A DNA stretch of 64,000 nt from Massalongia carnosa (taxonomy: Eukaryota). The DNA is taken from assembly GCA_965645245.1 (NCBI GenBank), contig OZ287067.1:1612001-1676000 (forward strand). The letters are read 5' to 3'. Under the pieces are notes generated by a model. It saw nothing but the letters and a program-made list of their open reading frames with translations. It had not been told where the DNA came from and made no database searches. This document shows, piece after piece, positions 1-14,537 of this stretch. A program made the translations under genes and the position numbers. Numbering within the stretch: position 1 is the first letter of the stretch; each line of letters begins with the position of its first letter.

Positions 1-496
1 CCTCGATTTCATCTCCAATGGAACCTAACGGGCTACCAACTTACGAAACATTTCCCCAAAATTATGCTTCGAATCAATTCAATCCTCAGTTCCAACAAGG
101 ATTCGCTACCGGTTCCACCCGTGGTATCATTCCGGCGGATTTTTATGCCGGTATTCCAGGAGCAGGGGCTGGTGGCTACGCTTCTGTTTCTCCGTCCATT
201 GATCCTGGATTCCGAAACATGCAGGCTCAGCAACCGCCTATCACCCAACGACCCATTCATATGAGCACAAGCCCTATGATTCAGCAATCCCCATTTGCTA
301 ATCCGCCAGTGTTCAACCCGCTGCTAAGCAATGGTGGCATGCTTGGCGCATATCAGTATCCATTACAGTATTTCCCACAACAGCAACAACAGCAGCAACA
401 GCTCATGCAGCAGCAGAACGGGGGAAGACGTGGTCGAGTAAGTGGTTATGCGCAATATTAGCCTTGAATCTCAGCTCATGGATTTCCAGAGGTGAT
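1..496 (+). CDS. 3' end of a gene entering from the left; Q/P/G-rich low-complexity C-terminus ending GGRRGR-R* (possibly an RNA-binding protein)
   Basis: Open frame to 438, GTAAGT donor at 439, TTCCAG acceptor at 490, then AGG TGA; poly-Q tract. Confidence 0.55.
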
Positions 497-1282
497 CCCA
501 GGTCGCTCCTCATGGAGACCATATCTCCATATCGTTCTGCAATAACAAATGCTGTTGACCTGGTCCTTTGCAGGCCACATTGGTATCACAGTACATGACC
601 AGAATTAAGCCATATTAAAAACCGACCTTTCGCGCGCCCGGTTAGTTGTATTTTACACTATTTACCGTTCACGAGTTTCCTAGCTTCATCCTCCTTCTAC
701 TTTCTTGTCTTCTAAGGTCAATATGAGGGTCGGGGGGTTGCGGGCCAATCCTCCACGAATTCGTTGTCTCCATACTCGGTTCTGTGGTTCTTGGCGGGAG
801 GGAAGAAACTCCATGGTTTGGGTAGATATGGTAAGGGGTTTCAGCGGGCGCATCAATTGGGGCTGCGTTTTGTGCACCCCGCAATTCAAGAAGTCGGAAG
901 TGAGGCACACAGACTGCGTGTGAATTGTTCCTGTTAAGCTGGTAGGGGAAATGGGCATTGGGAAGCTCTGAGCTATATGCCGTAGAAGTTATGAGTTAAA
1001 AATTCAACTTGAATCAAAAGGGGGACTTTTTTGCTACATGGGACTATATGGATTGTAGAGCATGTCTCAACGGACGGCAAGTACGTTACAGAGAGTTGGC
1101 CGATCCAAACATCATAAGTGTACAAAGAATCGAAATCCCGGAAACCTCAAGATAGACGCCTTTCTCCTCCCTTCGCCCAATCCCCACAGTAGAGAAGAAG
1201 GAAAGGGTGTTTTATATCGGTAAAAGGAAAAAGCTCATGATGGTTCGTAAATACCCATACGGTACTTGGCTTGACCAACCTC

Positions 1283-3271
1283 TCATTTCCGCCGCCGCCG
1301 CAGCTCCCAACTTCGCTCGTCATTATTCCCCCCAGGACTCCCATCCCAGCTAGATTCTCCTGCTGCCGGATTCGCGCTATGTGGCGCCTCCTCCTTTGTT
1401 GGTATTTCTTCCTCTTCTCCCTCTCCTTCTCTCCTACCCTTTCCCTTCTTTCCCCCTTTGTTCGCCCGGAATCGCTCCTCAGCCGTCTCGTGGGTTACCG
1501 CCCCAAGGCCCTTGCTTCCCAGCATAAACTCCCCGAGGTACTGTACAGCGCTAAAGGCCTCCTTGCCCGTTGGCACAATGTTTCGGCTCGGCAGCAGGAA
1601 GCCGTAACTGCCTGTATCGCGCAGCTTGATCTGGTAGGCGTAGTGCACGTGCAGTTCGTGGTAGAACCAGTCCAGGGCGCTACCTCCGCCGGTTTCCATT
1701 CGCGGCCAGTTTGCCCGCGTGTCGCTTTTCTTGTTCTTCTTTGTCTTTGCCTTCTTGTCGCTTAAGGATCCGCTGACCTCCTTGTCGTCCTCGTCACTTG
1801 CCGCTGCTACGACACTTCCCTCGCAGGCCGAGGTGACGCCGTAGGTGTGGCCGTTGGTGAGGCGAATGGCTTTCGCGAGCCCGACGGCGAGTTCCTCGAG
1901 GTTCTCTAGCGAGGGCGGGGCCGAGGCGCAGGAGTAGGAGTAGGGGTACAACACCTGCTGCGAGTAAGAGTGGAAGTCGAGGAATGCTACGACTTTCATG
2001 CGGTTATGCTCGGTTTCGTTGCGAACCCAATTCGCAAAGCGGCGGGACTCAACGCCCTCGAAGGGACCTTCCCCGGAAAAAGATTCCGAACACGGATTAT
2101 TCTTCGACACCGTATTATCCCATTCAAAGCCGTAGGCGCGGTCCAAATCAACGCCCTTGCAGAAGCGGAGCGCGGTTTGCTGACGATTCTTGCGCCAGAG
2201 GCGGTCAGTTTCCCACGTGTAGACGTAGCCATCCGGGTTCATGGTTGGGATGAAGATCCAATCGAACTTTTCCAGTAGTCTAGTCATCGTTTGAGATTTG
2301 CCGTAGGCAGTGATAAAGGAGTAGGCAACGTAGTTAATGGTGCTCGTGCTAATCCATTCGCGTGCGTGGGAGCCCCCGGCAATAATGACGGTTTTCCGGG
2401 GGCCAGATGGATTTTCGGAGTTGGTGGGATGTACGCCTACTTGTAACGCAGGAATATCACGGCCTTCATAGGACAGACCAATGTTGATCAAGCGGACGTG
2501 GGTAGGGAATAGAGAGGAGAGGAGACGCATCCAGGGCATGATGACTTTAAGGGGTTGGTAGTCGCGGAAAAAAACATTAATTTCTTCAGTGGGAGGATGC
2601 AGGTCCGGACTGAAGGAACGGTGTCTCTCGTGCACTGAGGATGCGGGTTCTTCCATGGTGGTTGAAGGATACGACGCAAAAATCGTTTGCGCGAGATCGT
2701 GCATCAAGGGAGTATGTGCATGCTGTAAGGATGCTGGCAAAAGGCCCAGCAGCGAGGGAACCTAGATGAGAGTACCGATCAATACATTTTTTGATGCAAC
2801 TGATTGATGCAACTGAACAAGGAGAAAACGCACGACATCCTTCGACAGTCTAATATCCACCCATTCGGCTGTAAACTCCCATACATCAAGGAAGAGCACA
2901 CTGATGGCTTCACCGAGCGCTCTAGCTTCTTCAGCCGATTGGATCTTGAAGCGCAAGACCAGATCGCCCCCGTATCTTGCTAACACCGACGAGGGTGGAT
3001 TTGAAGATGGAATGGAGTTTTGCGCATTGGCCGTTGGCGGTTGGGTTTGGGGAGGAATGTTCCATATCACCCGAATGAGACTATCTCGAAACCGAGCCCA
3101 GGGCCGTCTATAGTCTTGGGTCTGACGAAAATACTGCGGAATCTGAAAAGGGAGGGAGGGGGCCGATTGAACTTTGGTCGGCGAATATGCAACGGACTGG
3201 ACGCAAGGGATTGACACGAGACCCCATGATAGCAACCATGCGGCATGTAACGCGAAATGGAAAGAGCGCAT
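1283..3271 (-). CDS. ECM14: M14 zinc carboxypeptidase-like protein ECM14 (2 exons, intron 2762-2833)
   Basis: Signal peptide, pro-domain, motifs [47 protein letters not shown]. Confidence 0.93.
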
Positions 3272-4075
3272 TGTTTTTTTATCACTTTTACTTTGAGTGA
3301 ATGGGTCTTAGAGACGGTTAAAGGATTGAATAATTAACATCTTTCGATCTCTAACGGAGCTGATAGAGAAAAGAAATCTGGATGATCTTCAGGTACGCTG
3401 CAGGGCCTGGTGCCTTGACGGTTACGGAGTACATAACTACATAGAGGAACAATGCTGAGGTAATGCTTAGGTAATGAGACTCGGTCCCCTTTCTTCATTG
3501 TCAGGTGACTCAGGTTACTGTACTATCTTGCATATTAATTACCTCTTCGTACCCGGATACCTTTGGACTAGCATTTGGGTAATATTACCAATATTACCCG
3601 GTTGTTATAGTACAAGGTACCTTGTACAGGGTTAGCTATCTTGCCGAGGTGATGGACTGGAGAGTACTTCATAAGGCTCTCTATCGGGAATAAGTTATCG
3701 CGGTGCTCTACAGATGACTCCCCGTGCTCTGACAGAGCAACATCACTTCCAAAGGTCGAGCTTCAGATCTAGTCAAGTCAAAGGGACGCCGTTCTTCCTC
3801 ACATCGATTTATCCCATCCTGCAAACCCAACCCTCTCCGGGTATGTACTTCAAAACGCGTACTTGATCAGTCAATCCTTCCAACACTGTATTCCTGCTAC
3901 AGGGACATCTCACTCTTTATAGCCATCATCCTCCATAAGACTCTTGCTTGATCCCTTTGGTCGCGGTGCATCCATCTCCCCCGGCTAGAGTAGATCGGGC
4001 ATGTCAAGACCGAACTCACATCACTATCACATATCCAACGTTTGCCAATGACACCATCACAATCACCCTATCACC

Positions 4076-7000
4076 ATGACCTGGGGTCGCTTTCGCGGCC
4101 ACGCACCCAGCAATTCGCGAGGAACTTCTCGCCGCCAGAGCATGGTAGATATCACTCGACTGCAAAGCCAGAGCGATTATGCTATGCGGAATGATCAATC
4201 GGCCTCCCAATCCAACGCTCTACCACGGGCAGCATTGCCTCATCTGGTTCCTCTCTCCATGGACCAGCTGGATGCGTCCAATGGGTCTTCAGCTACCAGA
4301 AGCCCGCCAAGTTCGATGGTACGAGACCCATCGCCAAAACCTCAACGGTTTAGTCTTCTCAAATTTAGACATGCTTCGGACTCTCAGCTTTCGAGGACGG
4401 CAAAGGATCAAGCGAGCAGGGTTTCACCGCCAATGCCAACGGGTAAGCTCCTTTTTGTTCCTAGAATCGCAAGTCTGACTCAGGGCTCCACTGACACACT
4501 CTGGCCTTACAGCTCCCTCGATCATTACTACAGCACCGACCATGGATCAATTTGACCGGACGCAAAGGAAAAAATCTACATATACCCTTCCTCGCCGTCG
4601 CAAGGCTCCAGATCCCTTAACAACCCTCTCCTTAGAGCCATCTTGTAAGTCACTCTCCGAAGGAACAACGAATTCGGGCTTTGAGAGTGGCGTCTCGACT
4701 CCGGGCAATCAAAGTGCACGTATGTCCCGTATCACGTTTGATGAACCTGAAAGACAGCGAGGCGCCCCTCCAGCATACGGAGATGATGCGAGCTCGTCCC
4801 TGGCGCTGCCAGTCTTTAGGCACTCAGAGTCCTCAAGATCCGAGGGGAGCCTTGGAGATCATGGTGTATACGCGACGACCACTACGACCCACACGGTCTC
4901 AACTACCACAACCTTCTTCCGCTTGTCAAGACGTAAAAAGAACAAGGGACCTCTATTTCCATTACCTATCAAGGACCCCCCCAAAGAACTGCCCACGAAG
5001 TCAAACTTTACGCCGCATGAGTTACTAAATGGTCGTGTATCACAATCTCCAACCCGTCGTTCTCCCTCTCGGATTCACCCGGAGAGGGCTGAATATTCTC
5101 CATTCCGTGCTGGCTATGGCGATGATGGGTTCCCATCACCTTTGCCATCGTTGTCTTATGCTGCGCTCGCTGCGCCGGGCCTTTCGTCGTCACGCAGAGA
5201 CTCCACGACATCTGCACAATCTGGAAGATCTTCCCCAGCCTTCGCTCCTCCGATGCTGGGACGACGTGGAAGATCTTCAACAAAGGGCTCTTTGAGGCAA
5301 GTTGCTCATGATCAACCCCTTCCAAACCCTCCGCTTCCCCAGTCCGGGAGAACATCTACCTCAACCACAGGACGGGCTAGTCTCGGGGGGCTTTTTGGTC
5401 TCTCTCGGCTGAGGCAAAACTCGGAACCTCACCACCCACGTCATGGTGGGAGTAACGGAGGCACACCGGGTACACCTGCTTCTAATGGTTCCAAATCACA
5501 TTCGTTTAGCATCGCTCGAGAGCCGGTGGTAGTTCCTCAACGTCAAGAGGGAGATACTCCGGCAAAATATCTCTTACGTCTCGAAGAGGCTGTGAGTCGT
5601 GGCGTTGTTGCAACTATTCTTTCCAAATCAGATGACGAATTCTCGGGGAATGTCCTCCGTAGCTACATGCGTGGCTTCGGCTTTTTTGGCTATCCATTGG
5701 ATATGTCGATCAGAAAGCTACTAATGGAAGTTGAGCTTCCAAAGGAAACACAGCAGATTGACCGAGTCCTGCAGTCTTTCGCGAACAGGTACCATGAATG
5801 TAACCCGGGCGTATACGCATCCCCAGGTACGCGTTTAAGTGTCTTGGTTGCGTTTTTCTGCTCACACGTGACATCTAGATGAGGCATATTTTATCGCCTT
5901 TTCAATATTGATCCTTCATACGGACGTTTTTAATAAAAATAACAAGCATAAAATGCAGAAGAGCGACTATACTAAAAATGCCAAAGGCCAAGGTGTAGCA
6001 GAAGAGATCCTAGAGTGCTTCTACGATAACATCTCTTATACCCCATTCATTCATGTTGAAGATGACGTCGACATCAACGGGGAGAGAATCATTGCGCATA
6101 GACCTCACAAGGGTCTATTCGCCAAACCCAGTGCTGACCCTTTAAAGAAGCCGTCTCGAGAACCTGTTGATCCATACACGCTTATTTTGGATAACAAGCT
6201 AGAGTCGCTACGCCCGTCGCTAAAGGATGTCATGAACCTGGAGGATCCGTACTGCTATCTGGGTACCGCAACTTCGCTCAACCTCGCGGAGCTTCACAAA
6301 ACATTTTTTAAGTCTGGTGTCTTGCAGATTGTGTCTTCAAGGTCTCGACCAGAAGCATTCATGTCGCCGGAAACCATGGCAAACCCTGCTGAGGCTCATC
6401 CCGGAGTCGTAGATATCAAGATCACTAAAGTAGGGATGTTATGGCGGAAGGATTTGAAGAAGAAGAAAGCCCGATCGCCTTGGCAAGAATGGGGTGCTAT
6501 ACTGACAGGTTCCCAACTCTACTTTTTCCGTAACACGACGTGGATAAGAAGTCTTATGCATCAGTTTGATATCCACCAGAAGCTAGGGTTTGCCGGTACG
6601 CCTGTAACTTACAAACCACCGCTTGAGCAGTTCAAGCCGGACGTTCTAATGTCTACCGAGGATGCGGTGGCGCTGCTTGACACTACTTACAAGAAGCACA
6701 AGAATGCGTTTATCTTTGTTCGCCATGGCGGGTTTGAGGAGACGTTCCTGGCTGACAGCGAATCTGACACTAATGACTGGTTAGCGAAGTTAAATTATGC
6801 TTCTGCATTCAGGAGTGCAGGCGTGCGAATGCGTGGTTTGATTGGAGGGAACTACGACGGCCAAAGGGCTCGAGGAATGAGGCGGATGGATTCCGGCAAG
6901 TCTACGCAATCCATTCAGACTGCCACGGGGGAGGTCCTGATTCGAAGCGGGAAGATTGATGCGGAGCTTGCTCGTCAAATCCAAACAGCAAGACGGCAAA

Positions 7001-8313
7001 TCATGGCCCAGAAGATAGCGGAAGCCGAAGAGAAACTGGAGACTGCCAATAAGCAGTTAGAGGTACACTTGAGAAATGCAAGGCATTTGCAGATATTAGC
7101 ACCCATCCAGAGTAAGACTCGGGAGAGAGTGATACTTGCTGCGGGTAGGATGGCAGCAAAGATCAAGTGGTTACGTATGGAAATGTGGCGCACTCGCTGT
7201 CACAAAGATATTCTTGCCTTGGATCTAGATGAAGAGCTTAGATACTCGCATGAACGTGACTTGCAACATGACAACGTATCTACCCTGTTTTCCTCTGTTG
7301 CTACATCTGGGGCTCAGGACATGGCCAAACTGGAACTGCAAATCAGCCATCTTAGCAACACTCAAGCCGCTCCTCAAAGAGGCAGTGCGACCCGGCCCTC
7401 TACTCAGTCATCGCCTGGTAAGAGCTACAACATGGACGATGCCTTCCAATTGCCTTTACAGACTCCAACACCAGGAAGTCAGCACAAAGTTCAAGGATCT
7501 TGGGAGCTGCCACCATTGTCCTTCCAGCCAACGATCTCGTCCCTAAAGTCTGGGTCTAGCGCTAAGGCATCAACAACTGCACCTGAATTACTAATACATC
7601 ACCCCTCGCTAGGAAGTGTTAGGGGGAGTGAAAGAGTACCTGAGCTAACTGGCATTGCCACGAGGCTGGCGACCCCAACGCCCAGCTTGGGTGATGATGA
7701 ACAAGAGATTCTGATTGATGCTGGTCTCGTTGGCCCGGATAGTCCTTCCCCGAAGACAAGAGGTACGGATGCCACAAGTGACGGAGAAGGTCCCGATGGG
7801 GACTTTAACGACGGCAAGGCAAAAACCCGACGAAGCTTACATCGCACTCTCCGTGAAGCGCACGTTCCAACGCATTATCGTAGCAGAAAAGGGAAAGATT
7901 CTGCTTCCAGCGCAGGCATGACGGAAGATGCTCTGTCGGTGGCAGAGAGCGAAGGCCTGACCCGCGGAGCTGGCAGTTTTACTTTGCATGGTAAGAAGGC
8001 CTCTGTTATCACCTTCGGCTCCGAATGGCAGGACATGTCACCTGAGGAGCGCTTGAAAATGCGGAAATCGGTGCCGGGAGACGAAGCGAAGCTGTCGGTG
8101 CCGTCTGCGGTAGAAGATGAGCGTGCGTCAACACGGTCGGCCTTCAATCTAGATGCGCGACCCACTTCGGCCATTAGCGGAAGCACGACTACATCGTGGA
8201 ATTTGGCGCCTGCAAAGGATGGGGAGTTTGGGGTTTCTACATCTAATGGGGGCAAACCACAGGGCACTGGACCAGCAGAGGATCAACGCATGTCGTCGGG
8301 ACGAGCGGGTTAG
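4076..8313 (+). CDS. Sec7-domain + PH-domain Arf guanine nucleotide exchange factor (Syt1-like); introns ~4443-4511 and ~5827-5878
   Basis: Sec7 motif ELPKETQQIDRVLQSFANRYHECNP, ILHTDVFNKNNKHKM; PH motif WQEWGAILTGSQLYFF. Confidence 0.9.
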
Positions 8314-8785
8314 GGGATTTTCTTTCTTTCTCGGTTGTACCAACAGATTAAAAGCAAAACTGATTGACCCCAAAACCACTAGAGTTTCACTATTTTGCAT
8401 TACAGGCAAGGGATAAGCTGCTGTACAGCGCCCACATTGCCTGTTTCTCTTCACCCTTGCTTTTCATGGCGGAACGAAGAGAGCGTGCGAAGTTTTTTTG
8501 CGGCGAGCGAGGTCTGGATTGAAACGGGATGGACAGGACGATGGGAGGTCGATAGGGGTGGATGAGGGTCGATATGTATTAGGCTTTCACCTTCCAAATC
8601 ATTAGATATCTAGATGCATCCAACGACGTAACGCGCCCCCACCACCTCGTTCCAAACCCCGACGACCGTCATCGAAAAGAGATGCATTACAAACCCAGAT
8701 GTCGAGAGCTAAACGGCTTGCGAACCGTCCCCCGGAAAAGCCGTCCAGAAATCTAATTGATTAAATCTATCTGCTACGAAGTTGG

Positions 8786-10637
8786 TTACCTGCCACCACC
8801 ACCCAAGCCCAAATACCGCCGAAAGCACAAACTCGCATTCGTGCCGCCGAACCCGAAGCTGTTCGAGAGCGCCACGTCCACAGTCCGGCGCTGCGCGCTG
8901 AGAGGGACGTAATTGCAGTCAAAGTCCGGGCCGTCGAGCTCGGTCAAGTTGAGCGTGGGCGGGAGGGTGTTCTGCGGGTTTTCAGCAGGAGGAAAAGAGA
9001 ACCAGTGCTACCATGTTTAGGGATTTGGTTTTTGTCGTGGTCCCCTTTTCGCTCATCACGTCTTGTGGGGTGTTTATTTTGGGGGGGATAAGGGGGGATA
9101 AGGGAAACACTCACATCTCGAATTGCCAGCACTGAGAATAAGGCCTCTACCGCGCCCGCTGCGCCTAACAAATGCCCCACCGCGCCCTTGGTGCTACTTA
9201 CATTCACCTCGGCCGCGCGCCGTTTACCCTCCGCCCCTTCCAGCATCAGCGTCTTGATGGCGCGGTTCTCGGCCGCGTCGCCTAGGGCGGTGGAGGTCGC
9301 GTGCGCGTTGATGTAATCGACTTCCGCGGGCCGAATGGAGGCGTTTTTCAGGGCGAGCCGCATCGCGCGGTAGGCGCCTGAGCCAGAAGGGGGCGGGGCT
9401 GTGATGTGGTGCGCGTCGGAGGAGGAGCCGTAGCCGGCTAACTCGGCGTATATGTGAGCGGAGCGGGCAAGGGCGTGTGAGAGGGACTGTGAGTTGATGA
9501 GAAAGGGGTGGGAAGAGTTAGTTGAGAAAAGGTTTCAGTTTCTGGAGAAGTGGGGGAATGGGGAATGGAATCTTTACCTCGAGGACAAGGACCGCGGCGC
9601 CTTCTCCAATGATGAATCCGTTACGGGCGGCGTCAAAGGGGCGGGATGCTTGATACGGACTAGAGTTTGCGGATGTGGTTAGGGAGTGCGAGCGCTCGAA
9701 ACCGGTGAATGCGAGGGGGTGGATGCAGGATTCGGCTCCTCCGGCTAGCATGACGTCTGCGTCACCAAAGGCGATGAGGCGAGAGGCGTCACCGATCGAG
9801 TGGGCGCCTGTCGTGCAAGCAGTTGTTACGGCGTGAGAAGGACCCTGGGGGTTTGGGCGTGGTTAGATACAGGCAGCTCTGGAAGCACGATCTCCGACAA
9901 GAAGGGAGAGAGACCTTGAAGCCGTATTTCATAGAGATATGGCCCGCCGCTAGGTTAATCAGAAGTTTAGGGACGAAGAGAGGAGAGACCTTCTTGGGGC
10001 CCTTTCTCGAGTGTTAGAGTCACGAACCACGCAGAGAAGATTAATGAGACTCACACCTTCGGCGTAGGCGAGGGATGTGTTATAAATGTCTTCGAAGCTG
10101 CCGATTCCCGATCCTAGGCAGACTCCCTATTCGCTGTCTTAGGCACAGGGCTTATTTAGTAAATATCAGAGCCAGGAAACCACCGACGGTCATCTCTTTC
10201 TCCTCTTCGCTGCCAGGGCGCCATCTGGCGTCTTCCAAAGCCTCATGCGAAGCGGCCAGTGCATATTGCATAAACTTTGACGTTCTTCGTAGATCCTATA
10301 CTCTTCATCAGTTTTTTCCCTCCAGTTTTTGCCTGCTATCCTGAGACGTTCTAGACGTACTTGTTTGCCGAGCCATTCATTCGCATTCCAACCCCCATCT
10401 TCCTTTTTCCCTTGTGGAATGAGGCCCGCGACTTGGCACTGCTGCTGCTCAAATATAGTAGCTTTGTCGGAAGGGAGGGATACGACGCCGCATTGGCCGT
10501 CCAGAAGACGCCTCCATGAGCGTTGTGCGCCTGTTCTTTTCGTCAGGGAGGAGTCGTAGCAAATAATTACATGACATTACGATACCTAATCCCAATGGTG
10601 TCACTGCTCCGAGGCCTGTGACTACAACTCTTCGCAT
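8786..10637 (-). CDS. CEM1: Mitochondrial 3-oxoacyl-ACP synthase (multi-exon)
   Basis: [73 protein letters not shown]. Confidence 0.93.
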
Positions 10638-10777
10638 TGCATATCAAAAACTCGTATGGTGGCATAGATGTTCATCCTCAAGCTTGACTAAAGGGGTTTA
10701 GCTTCGTCCCTTCACTATCTCGATCCCAAATCTTTTCCAAACCCAAAGAAATCTTTAACCTGAACGTAGCCATTGAT

Positions 10778-11965
10778 ATGGTTCACGGCGCCAGTTTTAC
10801 AAGGCAATTAGCCACGCGATCAAGTATGTCGCTCGAGTTCCGATCTCGCAAAAGTTCCCTTCAATATGCTAACAAACCCCCAGGACCCTCGTCCACCATC
10901 TGCCAAACATGCCTCTACACCCTCCGCCAACAACGCCATGCGTCCACCGCATCCACCGCCCCTCGAATCATCGACCCTGCTCATGATGGAACTACCGTCA
11001 ACCCCGTTCATCCCTCCCCTACGGCCTCCCCTCAACCCGGCTACAGAATCAAAGCCGCTGTCCTGCTCTCCCGCCCGCCGATCCTAACCCGTGACCTCAC
11101 TCCCTTCGAAAAAGCGTATTTCCTCTACCAACGGCGTTTAAACGAACGTCTCGCCTTGCCCTTCACCCGCTACTTTTACTATCAGCGTGGTACGCCCGGC
11201 GACGTGGACTGGAAGCGGAAGATGAAAGAGCGCCAAACGCCTGCGCGGGATATTGGGATGTACAACGCGTATTCAAGGGATGAAGGGTGGAATGACGAGT
11301 TGTTGGTCGGGGCACAGGAGAGCGAGCCCGAAGCGCAGGTTGAGGCACTGGTGAAGGATGCAGAGATGGAGGTGGAGATTAAGGAGGGCCAGGTAGCGCC
11401 GGCGGGGAAGAAGGCGAAGGAGAAGGTGGAGAGGCCGATGCCGCGGGTCACGGAGGCGGATCGGATCGGGGACCTCAAGAGCCTGAATCGGGCGTTGACG
11501 AGAACGTTGTATTTAGTTGTCAAGGAAGGGGGTAAAAAGGGGCGGTGGGGGTTTCCCAGCGGTCTATTGTCAGGCAAGGAGAGCCTACATACGGTGAGTT
11601 TAAGTGGGGTTTCTCCACGGGGCGTTAAAGATCCATGCTGATGGCACTTTGCAACGTCGCAGGCAGCGGAACGCATATTGGTCCAGTCGTCGGGCCTCAA
11701 CATGAACACCTGGATCGTCGGCAACATGCCTATCGGTCACCGAACCATCACCTACCCGCAACGCATTGTTGACAAGGAAACAGGCGCCCAGCATCTGGGG
11801 GAAAAGGTTTTCTTCATGAAAGCTCGGATCATGGCTGGGCAAGCCAATCTTACGGACAACAAGTTCGGGCTCGAGGACTTCAGGTGGTTGGCAAAGGAGG
11901 AGATCAAGGATGAGTTGGAACCGCAAGATTGGAATCCCGTAAGGAATATCATCATTGAGCGGTGA
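10778..11965 (+). CDS. MRPL17: Mitochondrial large-subunit ribosomal protein mL46 (yeast MRPL17); intron ~11594-11662
   Basis: LSRPPILTRDLTPFEKAYFLYQRRL, RVTEAD..GDLKSLNRAL.RTLYL, KVFFMKARIMAGQ. Confidence 0.9.
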
Positions 11966-12409
11966 CGAGGAGCATGTTGGTAATTTGGGATTCTCGTGGT
12001 GGGGACTCGTTGTAGATTATATATCGCATTCGGTTGGCGTCAGTCTTGGGGTTCTCACGACTTGTGCTTAAAAAATTATGTTTTGCGTTTGACATTTCAC
12101 GTTATATTCTATGCACAAAACGATTGACGTGCATTCGCCACTCTCCTATGGATTACTAGTGTGCTCCCACCGGCCATTTCGCCATTCTGCTATTCGCGGG
12201 ACCGCAAGTTTCCCAAATGTACGTTCTTACTTGACTTTCTTGTGTATTTCGGTGCACAGGATCCAGCAGACTTCAACGTCGAGTTATAAAGAGGATTCTC
12301 TGATAATATTCCATGCTTGTAGGCAGCGATTCAAATACCGCCCAAGCGGGTATTAGAATCAACATGGAACATCCGATCTAACGTTGAGGTCTGGGTGTTT
12401 ATTGACTTC

Positions 12410-14060
12410 TCAGTCAGCCACTAGTCCTCCGGCCTCGTCTGAACGGAGTGCACTTGTTGGTGGTAAACCGTCCTCCTCGTCCTCCAGCTGCTGGGGCTGT
12501 TGGCGAATCTGCCTTCTTCGATCAACCCATCGGCGCCATGGTTTATATAGGATTACGCTAAGGCCGCCAAAGAGGATGAAGGAGCCACAAATAGAACCGC
12601 CTATTTCCACCGGTCAAAGAAGTGATCCGCTTAACTGGGGGAATTTGGCTCTCTACCGATGATTTCATAGTGGTCCCCAGCGATTCCTACACCATCCCAA
12701 AACTTACCTGAGGGTTCGGCAACGTTCAGGATGAGGGTCAATAGCTGGATGACGCCAATGACGACAGCTACGACGACGGTGATGACGGTGAGCACGATGG
12801 AGTAGTAAAGGATGGCGATCTGATCCTTGGCGAGGGCGGTCGAGGTGTACAGCGCCATCATGAGGGCGCCGTCTGTTGTGTCGAGAAGGCACATTCCGGC
12901 TGTTTTTTTTTTGATACGACGTCAGGAAAAATGGGGCCGCCTTAGAAAAGTATATAAATTCGCATCTTACCAGTAAAAAGAATAGGGAAGATTAAAATAA
13001 GCCAGATGCTCGTGCCTTTAGCGCCTTGAATCGATGCAATACCCAAAAGGGCAACTTCCGACGATGTGTCAAACCCGAGCCCAAACATGACGCCTAAGGG
13101 ATACATCTTCCACGGCCTAGTTAAGAATTACCAAAAAAACATCCTTAGGTCTATAGAAGCGTGTGTTTTCCCTACCGGTCAATCAGCTTGAACATCCTCC
13201 TGAACAAATGGAAAAGGCAGCCCGCTCCCTTAATCTGAAACTCCTGCTCCTCCCCGGGGGCGGAGGCAATCAATTTCCTTATCTGTTGTAATAGCTTGTA
13301 GAGAATGTAAAGATTCAAGATACCGAGTATGATTAGAAATGCAGCAGAGACTGAGGTGCCAATGATCCCACCAATTCTGCTAAAGGAACCAAATTTGGAG
13401 CTGATAGCCGAGGCGGTAGCAGCCACAGCAATAGAAGTGATGACGACGATGCTAGGAACGATGAGGCTATCAGATTTTCTGTCTCTTGAATCGGGATCTA
13501 CCCGATCCCATGAGGGTAGAAAGAAACATAGTTATGCAGCGTACGTAGAATGGCCCAAGGAGAAAAAGGTCCCCACAGTTACGGGACGCTGCCCCGATGC
13601 TACCAGTCGTCGAGTCATCAAATCAATTGCCTGTAGTAAAGTTCAGCCATGATTTAAACCCCCTCGTCGTCAAGTCTTGCATACCGAGATGTGATCTGCG
13701 TCCAAAGCATGGCGAAGTCCTAGGGTATAGGCTAGGACCGCGGTGGAGATGAATGTGCTGCATCTAATGTATTAACCCTTCTTGCTTCTTTTTCTAAACT
13801 AGACAAGCCTTAAGTAGAGCCATCTAGATACCTGTGATAATGCTAAAAATTCCATAATCAGTCGAGCGAAACTACGACGCAAAGCAAAGATCTCTGTGCT
13901 CCCGTACCAACACAATCCCAGTAGCCACCCAGGCGAGCGCATTGGCAAAAGCAACGGCGACAATGATGCCAATTGCTGCCAAGGGCAATTTTCTTACCCC
14001 AGGAATGCGTTCGTGGTATAGATGTGCTTTGTTCTGAACGTACTTGCGAAACTGGCCCAT
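12410..14060 (-). CDS. NIC1: High-affinity nickel permease (NiCoT family), multi-exon
   Basis: Signature [13 protein letters not shown] read on minus strand at ~13685-13722; [22 protein letters not shown]. Confidence 0.92.
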
Positions 14061-14537
14061 CTTATAGGAAACTCGAGTATTGACGGGAAATCTCGAAACG
14101 GTTTGAAGAAATCACTAAATAGCACTTGTACGAAGTTGGCCTTCAGCTTATCATCAAGTGATGGAAGAAGTCTCTAGTCGGTCGGTGATGTTTGATGGGA
14201 CCCACCACACCAGCACGTCATGCCATGCCACTAAGGCTAACATCTCGAAAACGCTGGACATGATGCTACATCCTCGTCGGCCATCCCCTATCAACTTCAG
14301 TCTTCTGAGTTGACAAGTCGTCCCAGGCCACTGCGTCGGAACTCAGTCATCGAATATGCATTGCCATTGCTGCATCTGAATATCTAACCGACTTCCTCCA
14401 AATCGCTTCCAGAGCCCATATGATCATACACGAAGAAAACCGCTCGGCAGCCATTTGAGAATGTAAAAAGGGGATAAATTCCTGGCCAACGCCTTTCCAT
14501 CCATGTCGACTCCAGACCCAAATCGTAACACAATGGC

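Noticed and set aside
1271..1765. 164-aa + strand ORF with hydrophobic stretch
   Set aside because: Antisense to the ECM14 3' end; composition explained by the purine-rich sense strand
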